Source: an uncultured Candidatus Entotheonella sp. (lineage in GTDB: Bacteria > Tectomicrobia > Entotheonellia > Entotheonellales > Entotheonellaceae). From it: a stretch of DNA of 64,000 bases. Positions 42,992 to 52,440 of the stretch are shown in pieces (positions within the stretch are counted from its first letter, which is position 1; each line of letters starts with the position of its first letter). The notes under the pieces were generated by a model. That model searched no databases and had not been told where the DNA came from. It was given only the letters and a program-made list of their open reading frames with translations. The position numbers were made by a program, and so were the translations under genes. The stretch is taken from the NCBI GenBank assembly GCA_965217185.1, contig OZ244252.1, positions 2,400,001-2,464,000 on the forward strand, written 5' to 3'.

Positions 42992-43786
42992 TCATTGGTT
43001 GCGCTCGCTGGCGCTCGCTGCGGGTGCGAGGCGGTCGAGTTTTTCGCGGGACGCAGCGGCGAGGGGACTACCAGGTTGCAGGGCGATGACCCGTTCCAAC
43101 GCCTGACGCGCCTCGTCCACCTGTCCAGCAGCTAGCAGCGCATCGCCGAGTCCCGCGTACGCCGCCGCATAGGTGGGTCGCAGGCGAACGGCATCGCGAA
43201 AAGCCTGGATGGCGGCGTCAGGGCGCCCCATGCGATCGTATGCCAAGCCCAGGTTGTGGTACGCCTCGGGCAGACCGCGGTAGGTCAGGGCGCGGCGAAA
43301 CTGCGCCACCGCCAGCTCGAACTGTCCCTGCTGTGAATAGGCCAGTCCCATGTTCACGTGCGCCAAGGCGGGCCGGTCGTAGCCGGGGTTTTTCAGGGCG
43401 CGCTGCGCCAAATCCAGAACCTCTTCGGGACGGCCGCGCAGTAACAACAGGGTGCTGTAATTCACCAGAACGGAGGGCGGCGGGTTACTCTGCTGCAGCG
43501 CTTGCCGGTAGGCGTCTTCGGCGAGGTCGAAGCGGTTGCGAATTTGGTATGTCAGGGCCAGAAGCTCGAAGTAGCTCGGCTCGCGCGGCCGCAGGCTCAG
43601 GGCTTGGCGGATCGCCTGTTCGGCGGCATCGTAGGATTCGGCGCCGAGATACGTCTGCGCCAATTGGTAGTAGTTGTCGGCCTGCGCCCGCCGTTCGGCG
43701 ATCGTCCCGCAGCCCAGCGACACGCCGGCGACGGCGAGGAGCAGGACCGAAGCAAGACGGCGGGCATTTGTGGAAATTGGCTTCAT
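42992..43786 (-). CDS. TPR lipoprotein, PilF/PilW/Tgl-like pilotin
   Basis: Lipobox SLGC; multiple TPRs; NPGY..P..A..N.G motif; near pilC. Confidence 0.75.
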   Translation of the reverse strand: MKPISTNARRLASVLLLAVAGVSLGCGTIAERRAQADNYYQLAQTYLGAESYDAAEQAIRQALSLRPREPSYFELLALTYQIRNRFDLAEDAYRQALQQSNPPPSVLVNYSTLLLLRGRPEEVLDLAQRALKNPGYDRPALAHVNMGLAYSQQGQFELAVAQFRRALTYRGLPEAYHNLGLAYDRMGRPDAAIQAFRDAVRLRPTYAAAYAGLGDALLAAGQVDEARQALERVIALQPGSPLAAASREKLDRLAPAASASERNQ

Positions 43787-43842
43787 ACGAGGCTGGCCTC
43801 AGGTTTGGCGAAGCAGTGCCTGCTCATACCGATTTGTGGGCA

Positions 43843-45015
43843 TCATGGCCCGCCCAACTGCGCCAGCCGTTCGATGAATCGAGGCTTGCGCGCGTGTCGT
43901 TCACGGAGCGAGCGAACGTGGCTCGTAAAGGTTTCTGTTTCGCCGTCTTCCCCGGCCAGCGCCTGTAGATCGAGGAGCAGGCTTATGGCCTGTTCATAGC
44001 CGTCGGGGTTACGTTTTGAGATCGCCTTTTCGACCTCGTTCCAGACCTCGGTTCCCCGACGCCTGACGGCATCGAGGCGTAGCCGTCGTGCTTCCTCGGC
44101 CTCTCGTGCCTGCCGTTGTCGCTCGGCCTCCCGTCGTTCGGCTTCGATGGCCTCACGCGTCGCGCGCCTCTCGGCGGCGCGGCTGCGAAGGTCCGCGACG
44201 GTTCTGCGCTCCGTGTACGTCTCGCCTGCTGCAAACGCGACGGCCTTGCGAACCCGCGATCGAACCTCCGCTGCCACGTGCGGGTCGCCGTCGGCGAGGC
44301 GTTGAAGCAGCGCTACTTTCTCCGTTTCTGGAATAGCCGCAATGACCTTGGGGGACGCGTCAGTGGAAAATTCTCCGCCATCCTCGGGTCCGGATGACTC
44401 CACAGCCGATTGCAGGAGGTCTGGATCAATGCGGAAGAATTCGGCGAACGCTTCCAGCGCACCGGTAAGCCGCCCGATGCCCGGCAGCGGCTCCGTTTCG
44501 TCGTCTTCCAGTTCGCCACGCTCCAGCGCCTTGAGCCAGAGGAGGTAGAAAAGTCTCAGATCGCCAGAAAGCACGTCAGCGCGAAGGGGCGCCAGTGCTC
44601 CGAGCCATCTGGCGCCGTCGTCCCAGTCGCCCCATTCTTCCCACTCATCGTATCCCGACGACTCTTCGTCGTATATATCGACACCTATATCGACGATCAG
44701 ATTTCCCCCGGATTCCAGGATGTCGACCAGATCGGTTCCGCGCAGGAAGGCATCAAGATGGGAACGGTCGACGAGGTGTTTTGGCAGCCGCATCATCAGC
44801 CGCCGCGTTCCCCAATTGGCGAGATACAAATGCAGGTCGAACCAACGCTCCATCAGTTGTTGGGGATCACCCTTGAAGTTGCCCCATTCGTAGTGATTGG
44901 TAAAGCTTGTGGCTGTGATCCGCGCCCGCGTCGATAGACTTCGCAGTGCTGACCTGTCCGTCTCGCTGAGCGGCCGGTCGATGGCCTGGAATTCGTAATA
45001 CTGGTACTCACTCAA
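43843..45015 (-). CDS. Conserved hypothetical protein (SEYQYYEFQAIDRPL family)
   Basis: TTG start with RBS aaggga; SEYQYYEFQAIDRPL...STRARIT...YLANWGTRRLM; C-terminal helical region ending RHARKPRF. Confidence 0.75.
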   Translation of the reverse strand: MSEYQYYEFQAIDRPLSETDRSALRSLSTRARITATSFTNHYEWGNFKGDPQQLMERWFDLHLYLANWGTRRLMMRLPKHLVDRSHLDAFLRGTDLVDILESGGNLIVDIGVDIYDEESSGYDEWEEWGDWDDGARWLGALAPLRADVLSGDLRLFYLLWLKALERGELEDDETEPLPGIGRLTGALEAFAEFFRIDPDLLQSAVESSGPEDGGEFSTDASPKVIAAIPETEKVALLQRLADGDPHVAAEVRSRVRKAVAFAAGETYTERRTVADLRSRAAERRATREAIEAERREAERQRQAREAEEARRLRLDAVRRRGTEVWNEVEKAISKRNPDGYEQAISLLLDLQALAGEDGETETFTSHVRSLRERHARKPRFIERLAQLGGP

Positions 45016-45205
45016 TGACTGATCTCCCTTGCGTTTAGGAGCCCAGGCGTACCGATGTAACAAGTCGTTTGCAGACTGAGGCAGTGACCCGAACGGTGGC
45101 CGCGCAGCCTATGGGTTGACTAACGGTCACCGGGGGCCTATCTCTATGCGTGTAACGCCCAAAAGAAGGAACTCGAAACTGTGTGCCTAAGGACAAGGAA
45201 CCACA

Positions 45206-46055
45206 ATGAATGCCGCTGAAGGCTACAAGGACTTCACGACCCGTCTCAAACTGCTGATCAGTAAACAGCCTGAACTCATTACGACGACGCTTGGAAATAT
45301 CTTCACGCTGCGGCTTATCGGGAACAAAACGCACGGGGACCTCGCCGAAATCGCCATTGCCGAATTCATCAATCAATTCATGTACGACTTCCGCTCCATT
45401 CACGTTGGAAAGGACCTTTATCGAGCCAAGTCCCAGGAGGAAGACATCAAAGTCATCAACGAGATCACAAAGGACGAATTTCCAGTCAGCCTCAAGGCGT
45501 ATGGCGTTGGACCGCTGCAACTGTCCACTGACAAGACTTATTCCATGTTTCCGCGCCTTGTGCAGGAAGACGGCGATATCGTTGGAACCGATAACATCAA
45601 GAAGATTCTCGATGAACCTGCGTTCGCCAAGTTCAGCAACGTTAATGTTCTGCCGTTGATCTACGATGAGAAAGCTCGACGCTGCAACATTATGGTGTTT
45701 GACTACCTTCGTGCACGCGAAGCGACCATGCGCATTGTCCGTGAGGGACCAGGCCGGGGGAGAAAACATCCGGTCTATCGGTTTTATGATGCCGAAGACG
45801 ACTACATTTGCGAAGTTCGCTACGGTGATGCTGTCGCGAACGCGCTTCAGCGCGGGCTTTGGACGGATACCAAAAGGGGTCTCAAGTTCTTCGACAGCAT
45901 CACGAATGGCTGGGATCGATTACGCCGACAATCTCGTCCTCGTGGAGCTTTTTTCGCATGCCCTTGTTTCGTCCGCCGCCGGTCATACAACCGCGCTTGA
46001 TAAGATCAAGGAAGATATTGATCGCCTGAAACAGCAAGCTGGATTTTCACAATGA
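45206..46055 (+). pseudogene. Putative type II restriction endonuclease with +1 frameshift at GGG 45912-45914
   Basis: HGDLAE..EEDI...SLKAY PD-(D/E)xK-like spacing; removing one G gives GWIDYADNL...AGFSQ* whose stop overlaps the MTase ATG (ATGA). Confidence 0.65.
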
Positions 46056-47184
46056 ACAACTTGCCGCTGTTCGATGATATCGTTGTCGATGCCCCCCAAC
46101 GGAAGGTATAAAATATGCGGGTTCAAAGCGTAGACTCTTACCCTACATTCTTGAATTAACGCAACGAACGGGGGCAAAAACCGTCCTTGATGGTTTTGCC
46201 GGGTCAACTCGCGTATCCCAAGCATTTGCCCAGTCAGGATATCAGGTGATCAGTAATGACATTGCTGTTTGGTCGGAAAATTTTGGAATTTGTTATCTAC
46301 TGAATCCTGAGCCGAGAGAGTACTACCTGCCGTTGATCCGTCATTTGAACCGTGTTCCGCCCAAGGAAGGTTGGTTCACTCAACACTATGGCGGTAAACC
46401 AAACGGCGGTGTGGCCGTTCAGCGCGATGGCCTCAAAAAACCTTGGCAGATTCACAATACTCGCAGACTGGATGGTATCCGTGAGGAGATCGACAATCTT
46501 TCACTCTCACCAGCCGAGAAGGCTGTTGCATTAACAAGCCTGATCCTGAGTTTGGACCGGGTAGACAATACACTGGGTCATTTTGTTTCGTATCTCAGGA
46601 AATGGTCGCCTCGGTCCTATAACGAGTTGCATCTCGAAGTACCAAATCTATTCGTCAATACAAAGGAAAATGAAGTCATACGCGGAGACATATTCAACGT
46701 TGTTAACCGTCCCGTCGACCTTGCGTACTTTGATCCACCGTACGGTTCCAATAACGAAAAAATGCCACCTTCACGAGTACGGTATGCGTCATACTATCAC
46801 TTATGGACAACCATTTGTCTCAATGACGAACCAGCATTGTTTGGCAAAGCCATGCGCAGAAATGATACGTCTGACCTTGTCTCGAGGTCAGTATTTGAAG
46901 AATTTCAAAGGAATCCTGACTCAGGACGATTCCTCGTGGTTGAAGCGATCGAACGTCTGATCCAATCCACGGCGGCACGTTGGATCATTCTCTCCTATAG
47001 CTCGGGCGGCCGTGCAACCGCGCATGAGGTGAACGATATTCTTTCCGCAAACGGCGATGTCGTTGATATCATCGAGTTGGACTACAAGCGCAACGTCATG
47101 GCAGGAATGAAGTGGACCAACGAATGGCTTCGTGACGCGGAGTCTCCCAATCGCGAGTTTCTATTCTTAATTGACAAGGGTTAG
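46052..47184 (+). pseudogene. N6-adenine DNA methyltransferase (D12 class) with -1 frameshift in C6 run 46092-46097
   Basis: After the run: TEGIKYAGSK...VLDGFAGSTRVS (motif I) is in frame with YFDPPY (motif IV), with no start codon between the run and GTG 46246. Confidence 0.85.
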
Positions 47185-47254
47185 ACCTACCCACCAACTT
47201 CTCCATTTCCTTGGGAGGCTTTGCCCACCGGTAAACTATTCCCAGGAATCCCAC

Positions 47255-48745
47255 TTACAACCTCTCTTCCGAAAGCATCTCGGCAAACAGGGCCGCTGTC
47301 CATTCAGAGGCGCCTAGGTGCCGCTGTAACAGATCGTTTACGGACTCACCCAGGGCGCCGGACCAGTAGTGGCGCAGCCAAGCGCCGCTGTCGGGGTTAC
47401 AGAACCAATCGGCGGCGAACTGCTGGTGCAGGGTTTCTATGAGAACGCAGGCCAGGCTCTGGCTCCACAGGGCAGCGATCGACTCGTAGTGCCAATCGAC
47501 ATCGAGAAGGTAGTATTCGGGCGCGTAATCGACGCAACAGGCTTCCATCATCAGATCGCGGTAGGTGTCGGCGGCGCCGGCCAGGGAATCGACGGTGTAC
47601 AGGTGGCGGGTGAACAGGAAACGGCCCAACTGCCGGCGCAGGCGGTACAGGCGGTCGAGCCGGCGCCACAGACGGTAATTTTCATCCACGTGCACGGACA
47701 GGTAGTGTCGCAGCCAATCGGGATGGGCCACCAGTTCGGCCAGCAGACAGGCGCTGCTCTCGGCGATGGCCGGGTCGGCGAGGAGGCGGTGGATCAGCGG
47801 CAGGTCTGGGTCGGTGTGGGCCCAGAGCAGCGCGCGGCCCAAGGCGCCGGCCCAGAGTTCGGCCCCCTTGAGGCCGCTGATGGGTGGGTAGGCGAGAAAC
47901 ACCTCGTCGGGAACGTGGGGCGCGAGAGCCTCCGGCGGGCCGAAGTGGCTGGGGCGTTCGCGCCAGATCAGGCGGCCATCGGCGTTCGGGTCGAGGCCCA
48001 GGTGCCGGCAGCAGGCTTGCATGGCGGGCACCAGCGCGCCCGGCTGGTAATACTGCTGGTATTCGGCGAAGGTGAACAGGGCCAGAACGTCGTGCCGCCG
48101 CAACTGGCTGAGCGGCAGGCGCAAGCGTTGCTTGACTGCCCAGGCCAGCAGATCGACGTACACCTCGCGGGTTTCTTCCAGGACCTCGATTGCCGCATCC
48201 TGCTGCGCGGCGGCGTCGATATCTGCGATGCGGCGCCACAGGCCGTCCGGGGAATCAAAACCGAGGTCGGCGGCGGTGCGCCGGTGCGCTTCGAAGTATG
48301 CCTCAAAGGATTCATTGACCGTGCCAAGTTGCATCACGACGGCCGATTCGATGGCCGCCCGCTGGTCGCGCCGGCGTTCGGCGGCCATGTGGGCAAAGGC
48401 GTGGCGCAGCGGGATGGCTTCTTCATCAACGTAACAGGTGGCGCCTTGCAGTCGGGATTGCGCGGTGTGCCAAGGTGGCCGCAGCCTCTGTTGCACGTGC
48501 ATGCCGAGTCCCCAGGCGTTGAGGCGCCGCATGGCGGGCCGCTGAGCCTCCGGGATGTTGGTGCCGAGGTTGGCAAAAGCCTGGAGGGTGGGGATTGTGC
48601 AGGCAGATTCCGTTTGCGCCATCGCCTCGGCCAGTCTGACATCCCGCGTCTCACCGGGCGGGGTGTCGAGGTGGGCGAAGGCGACGTTGCGGTGGTATGT
48701 CTTGCAAGCGTCGAGGAGTTGTTCCGAACTGTCGGTGGAGGCCAT
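47255..48745 (-). CDS. M3/oligoendopeptidase-fold protein lacking HExxH
   Basis: HVPDEVFL...GALGRALLWAHTDPDLP...DPAIAES; FAADWF.NP.SG C-terminus. Confidence 0.6.
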   Translation of the reverse strand: MASTDSSEQLLDACKTYHRNVAFAHLDTPPGETRDVRLAEAMAQTESACTIPTLQAFANLGTNIPEAQRPAMRRLNAWGLGMHVQQRLRPPWHTAQSRLQGATCYVDEEAIPLRHAFAHMAAERRRDQRAAIESAVVMQLGTVNESFEAYFEAHRRTAADLGFDSPDGLWRRIADIDAAAQQDAAIEVLEETREVYVDLLAWAVKQRLRLPLSQLRRHDVLALFTFAEYQQYYQPGALVPAMQACCRHLGLDPNADGRLIWRERPSHFGPPEALAPHVPDEVFLAYPPISGLKGAELWAGALGRALLWAHTDPDLPLIHRLLADPAIAESSACLLAELVAHPDWLRHYLSVHVDENYRLWRRLDRLYRLRRQLGRFLFTRHLYTVDSLAGAADTYRDLMMEACCVDYAPEYYLLDVDWHYESIAALWSQSLACVLIETLHQQFAADWFCNPDSGAWLRHYWSGALGESVNDLLQRHLGASEWTAALFAEMLSEERL

Positions 48746-48766
48746 GGGCGGTTTACGACCCCCGTC

Positions 48767-49048
48767 TTACTTACGGCCGCCGGCGATCGCGGGGATGATG
48801 GCTAGCTCATCGCCGTCTTGCACAGCCGTTTTCTCGCCGTCCATGAAACGAATGTCCTCGTCGTTCAGATAGAGGTTGATGAATTTGCGGATGGCGCCGC
48901 TATCGTCGCACAGGCGCTCGCGAATGCCGGGAAACCGCGCGTCGAGCTCGCCTACCACGCCATCAATGGTGGTGCCGCCGACTTCAACCGCGCTCTGGTT
49001 CTGCGTGAACTTCTGCAATGGGGTGGGGATGCGTACGACAACAGGCAT
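48767..49048 (-). CDS. MoaD/ThiS/CysO ubiquitin-like sulfur carrier
   Basis: VRIPTPL, FINLYLNDEDIRF, DGDELAIIPAIAGG-RK. Confidence 0.92.
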   Translation of the reverse strand: MPVVVRIPTPLQKFTQNQSAVEVGGTTIDGVVGELDARFPGIRERLCDDSGAIRKFINLYLNDEDIRFMDGEKTAVQDGDELAIIPAIAGGRK

Positions 49049-49164
49049 ATCGACTCCTTTGTGAACACGATTGGCACGCCGTGCGCTTCCGGCAAGCCAC
49101 GAAACGTGCGCGTTTGACCGATGGCCGCAAGGCGGTGTTCGTGCGGGACGGCCAGCGGCACGGG

Positions 49165-51099
49165 CTAGAAAACGTATTGCGAGTTAACCACCAGATCGCC
49201 GTCGCGCAGCAATTGCTGGTACTGCGCGGCGAGGGACTCCTGAAACGCCTGGACCAGTTGGTTTTGCTTCTGAGCAAGCAGTTGCCGGCGGTAGTCCGGC
49301 AAGTCTGCCTTGAAGGTGTTCATGTCGGCATCGCGGTATTCGATGACCTGAACCACGTAGGTGCGGTCGCCCTCGCCGACCGCCTCGGCCTCGTTAGGCT
49401 GCAGTTGAAACGCCGCACGGCGGAACTCGCTCACATTGCCGAGGTCGGGAACTGGCTCGTTGCGTTTGAACCAGCCGGTCTCGGTCACCTGCAATTCCAA
49501 GGCACCAGCCAACTCCGCCAGCGATGCGCCGTCGCGCAACTGCGTCACCCATTCGGCACCCGTCTCCGAAGCCAAGTCGGCGCCCTTGCTGTCGCGCGCG
49601 TCCCGGGTGACGCGCTCCACGATGTCTTCCAGCGGCGGCACCTTGTCGGGTTGGGTCTCGGCGACCTGGAAGATGTAATGGTTGCCGTTCGTGCCGACCA
49701 CGGCATCGACGGCCTGCCCGCGCAGTGCGAAGGCCCGACCGATGAGCTGCGGCGCCTGGGCCAACTCCTCGATGAACCCGGCGGCTTCCACAAAGGGCGT
49801 GGTCGCCACTTCCAGACCGTGCTGGTCCGCCAATTCCGCGAACCGCTCCGGCGCCTCATCCATCGCGACCACGAGGTCGTCCACGAAGACCAAGGCGGCT
49901 TCGCGGGCCTTCTCGTCCTGGAGGGCGTCGATCACTTCCTGTCGCGCCTCCTCGAGTGGCTTGATGCCGGCTTCCATCCGTTCCTCGACGCGCAGGATGT
50001 GGAAGCCCAGCTCAGTGCGCACCGGATCGCTGAGTTCCCCGATGGGCAGCGAAAAAGCGGCCTCTTCGAGCGGTGGCATCATCCGACCGAGCGGGAAGAA
50101 GCCCAGGTCACCGCCCGCCTCGGCGGTGCCTTCGTCCTCCGAGTGTTCGGCCGCCGCGGCTACAAAGTCAGCACCGCCGCGCAGGTCGTCGAGCACGCCC
50201 TGGGCGACACCGCGTACCCGTTCCTCACGCTCTGCAGAGGCATTTTCGGGCAGCCGGAAAAGAATATGCCGGGCCCGCGCTTCCTCACGCCGGACGAAGG
50301 CTTCCGGATGACTGTCGTAATACGCGCTGATTTCGTCGTCAGTGAACTTCCGCGCCACCTGAAAGGGTTCTGGGGTCACGGTGAGGTAGCGAATCTGCCG
50401 CCGCTCGGGCTCGCGGTAGGATTCTTTATAAGTTTCGTAGTGAGTCTTCACCTCTTCATCACTAACGGAGGCCTCGGTCTCGAACAGGCTCGGGACGAGG
50501 GTGACGTAGCGCACGTTGACCTGCTGATGCTCGTGACGGTAGGCCTGTCCGGCTTCAGCGTCGGTGATTTGGGCACCCTGTTGCACCAGGGCGAAGACCT
50601 TGGACTGCAACAGGCTGCGGCGTTGTTCGTCCTCGAATTGTTGCATGGATACGGGGGGCACCACACTCGCCAGGGCGGCGCGGTAGCGGTCAGAATCGAA
50701 TTGCCCCGGAGGGTTCTGAAAACCGGGTTGGCGGGCGAGGTGGGCATAGAGCTCGGCGTCGGTGACCTCCAGGCCGTTTTCTTCGGCTATGCGCAGGAGC
50801 AGGGCGCGGCTGACGATCTGCTCGAGAGCCATCTGGCGAAAGTTGAAGTGCTCGCGCAGGTCCATGTCGGGCTGGTTGCCGAAAACCTGCCGGTATTGTC
50901 GATACAGGGCGTTCTGGGTGCGCTGGAATTCAGCCGCCTCGATCCCCTGGCCCCACAGCGTGGCCACTTCCGTGCGCGCCGGGCCGGAACTGGACTGCAC
51001 GCCCCAGGAATAGAAAATTGTTACCACAAAGGCAAGGACGACGGCCCACAGCACGCCTTTGATCATCCATGCCTGGGCCTCGCGCATCTGTTTTAACAT
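49165..51099 (-). CDS. ppiD: PpiD-like peptidyl-prolyl isomerase (SurA-N + parvulin)
   Basis: MLKQMRE + TM; ARHIL; SEDEGTAEAGGDLG; PVRTELGFHILRV. Confidence 0.9.
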   Translation of the reverse strand: MLKQMREAQAWMIKGVLWAVVLAFVVTIFYSWGVQSSSGPARTEVATLWGQGIEAAEFQRTQNALYRQYRQVFGNQPDMDLREHFNFRQMALEQIVSRALLLRIAEENGLEVTDAELYAHLARQPGFQNPPGQFDSDRYRAALASVVPPVSMQQFEDEQRRSLLQSKVFALVQQGAQITDAEAGQAYRHEHQQVNVRYVTLVPSLFETEASVSDEEVKTHYETYKESYREPERRQIRYLTVTPEPFQVARKFTDDEISAYYDSHPEAFVRREEARARHILFRLPENASAEREERVRGVAQGVLDDLRGGADFVAAAAEHSEDEGTAEAGGDLGFFPLGRMMPPLEEAAFSLPIGELSDPVRTELGFHILRVEERMEAGIKPLEEARQEVIDALQDEKAREAALVFVDDLVVAMDEAPERFAELADQHGLEVATTPFVEAAGFIEELAQAPQLIGRAFALRGQAVDAVVGTNGNHYIFQVAETQPDKVPPLEDIVERVTRDARDSKGADLASETGAEWVTQLRDGASLAELAGALELQVTETGWFKRNEPVPDLGNVSEFRRAAFQLQPNEAEAVGEGDRTYVVQVIEYRDADMNTFKADLPDYRRQLLAQKQNQLVQAFQESLAAQYQQLLRDGDLVVNSQYVF

Positions 51100-51267
51100 C
51101 GGGGTCCCCTTGAATACCGGCCGAGCCTCGCGGCCCTGGAATGAAGCCGTTGTTGCCGATTCCGTTTCTCGTTATAGTGAAACACCCTAGGACAGGGTTT
51201 CCGCAAAGCAGTTTGGGCGCGAAAGTCGTGACTATAACGTAAACCCCAGCGGGTTGTAAACGCCGCC

Positions 51268-52392
51268 ATGACCTCTACGATTTCCTCCGACGCCGCATCC
51301 TGGTTAGCCCTCAACATGGTATGCGACAACTGGCCCGCCGTGCGCGGGCAAATCGTCCGGCATACCGCGACGCCGGACGACCTGTCGCGGTTGCAGCATC
51401 ACGGCCTGCCGGAATTGGAGCGGGTCGTTCCCGGCCTCCGCGACAAACTGACGGCGGTGCGGCAAGGCGCGGCGTTCGCGCAGGAATGCGAACGCCTGGA
51501 GGCAAACTGGGCGCAACTCGTCACCTTTGCCGACGCGGCGTACCCCGACCTGCTGCGCTGGCTGCCGGACCCGCCGCCGGTGCTGTACGTGCGCGGCGAG
51601 TTGCTACCCGAGGACAAGCTGGCCATGGCGGTGGTCGGGTCGCGCCGGCCGAGCCACTACGGCCAGTTGATGGCCAAACGCTTCGGCGCCGAACTGGCGG
51701 AGCATGGCTTCACGGTTGTCAGCGGTCTGGCGCGTGGGATTGATAGCCTGGCGCACCAAGGCGCGCTGCAGGCCGGCGGCAGGACCATTGCCGTGCTCGG
51801 CTGCGGCGTCAATCGCATCTACCCCGCCGAGCACCGCCGTTTGTATGACGCCGTTCGCGACCAGGGCGCCGTGGTGTCGGAGTTTGCCTTCGACACCAAG
51901 CCCGACCGCTGGAATTTTCCGCGCCGCAACCGCATCATCAGCGGCCTGTCCTTGGGTGTGCTGGTGGTAGAAGCCTCCGACCGCAGCGGCTCGCTGCACA
52001 CCGCGCACCACGCCGTCGAGCAAGGCCGCGAGGTGTTCGCGGTGCCGGGCCGCATCGACGGCGAGAGCAGCCGCGGCACGCACCGCCTGATCCAAGGAGG
52101 TGCCAAGCTGATAACCGGTGTCGGCGACATTCTGGACGAGTTGCCCGATGCGGTGCGCACCGCGGCTTTGCAGCAGCACGCCGCCGCGCAGGCGCTCGCC
52201 GAGGAGGCGCCGGCCGATCTGTCGCCGCAGGAATCGCAGATTCTGGCGCTGCTCGGCGGCGAGGAGAGCCACATTGAGGCGGTTATTCACGCCAGCCAAT
52301 TGCCAGCCCACGTTGTCGCCAGTATATTAGCTACTCTTGAGTTGCGAGGCATGGTGCGACAGTTTCCCGGCAAATTTTTCGCACGAAGTTAA
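51268..52392 (+). CDS. dprA: DNA-processing protein DprA
   Basis: DPPPVLYVRG, VVGSR, VSGLARGID, FPRRNRIISG, VVEA..SGSL, GREVFAVPG. Confidence 0.96.
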   Translation: MTSTISSDAASWLALNMVCDNWPAVRGQIVRHTATPDDLSRLQHHGLPELERVVPGLRDKLTAVRQGAAFAQECERLEANWAQLVTFADAAYPDLLRWLPDPPPVLYVRGELLPEDKLAMAVVGSRRPSHYGQLMAKRFGAELAEHGFTVVSGLARGIDSLAHQGALQAGGRTIAVLGCGVNRIYPAEHRRLYDAVRDQGAVVSEFAFDTKPDRWNFPRRNRIISGLSLGVLVVEASDRSGSLHTAHHAVEQGREVFAVPGRIDGESSRGTHRLIQGGAKLITGVGDILDELPDAVRTAALQQHAAAQALAEEAPADLSPQESQILALLGGEESHIEAVIHASQLPAHVVASILATLELRGMVRQFPGKFFARS

Positions 52393-52440
52393 TCTTGGGA
52401 CCTTAAGAAGACCCCCGGCACCTGGGAGTGATGATCAATC

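Noticed and set aside
46246..47184. Intact 312-aa methyltransferase as called by the ORF track
   Set aside because: It would lack SAM-binding motif I, which is encoded upstream in the same frame; the true start is 46052, across a frameshift.
49018..51096. Long antisense ORFs (e.g. 49018-51096 +, 17849-19696 -, 30176-31837 -, 22672-24288 -)
   Set aside because: These are shadow frames of well-supported genes, expected in high-GC DNA, and carry no motifs.
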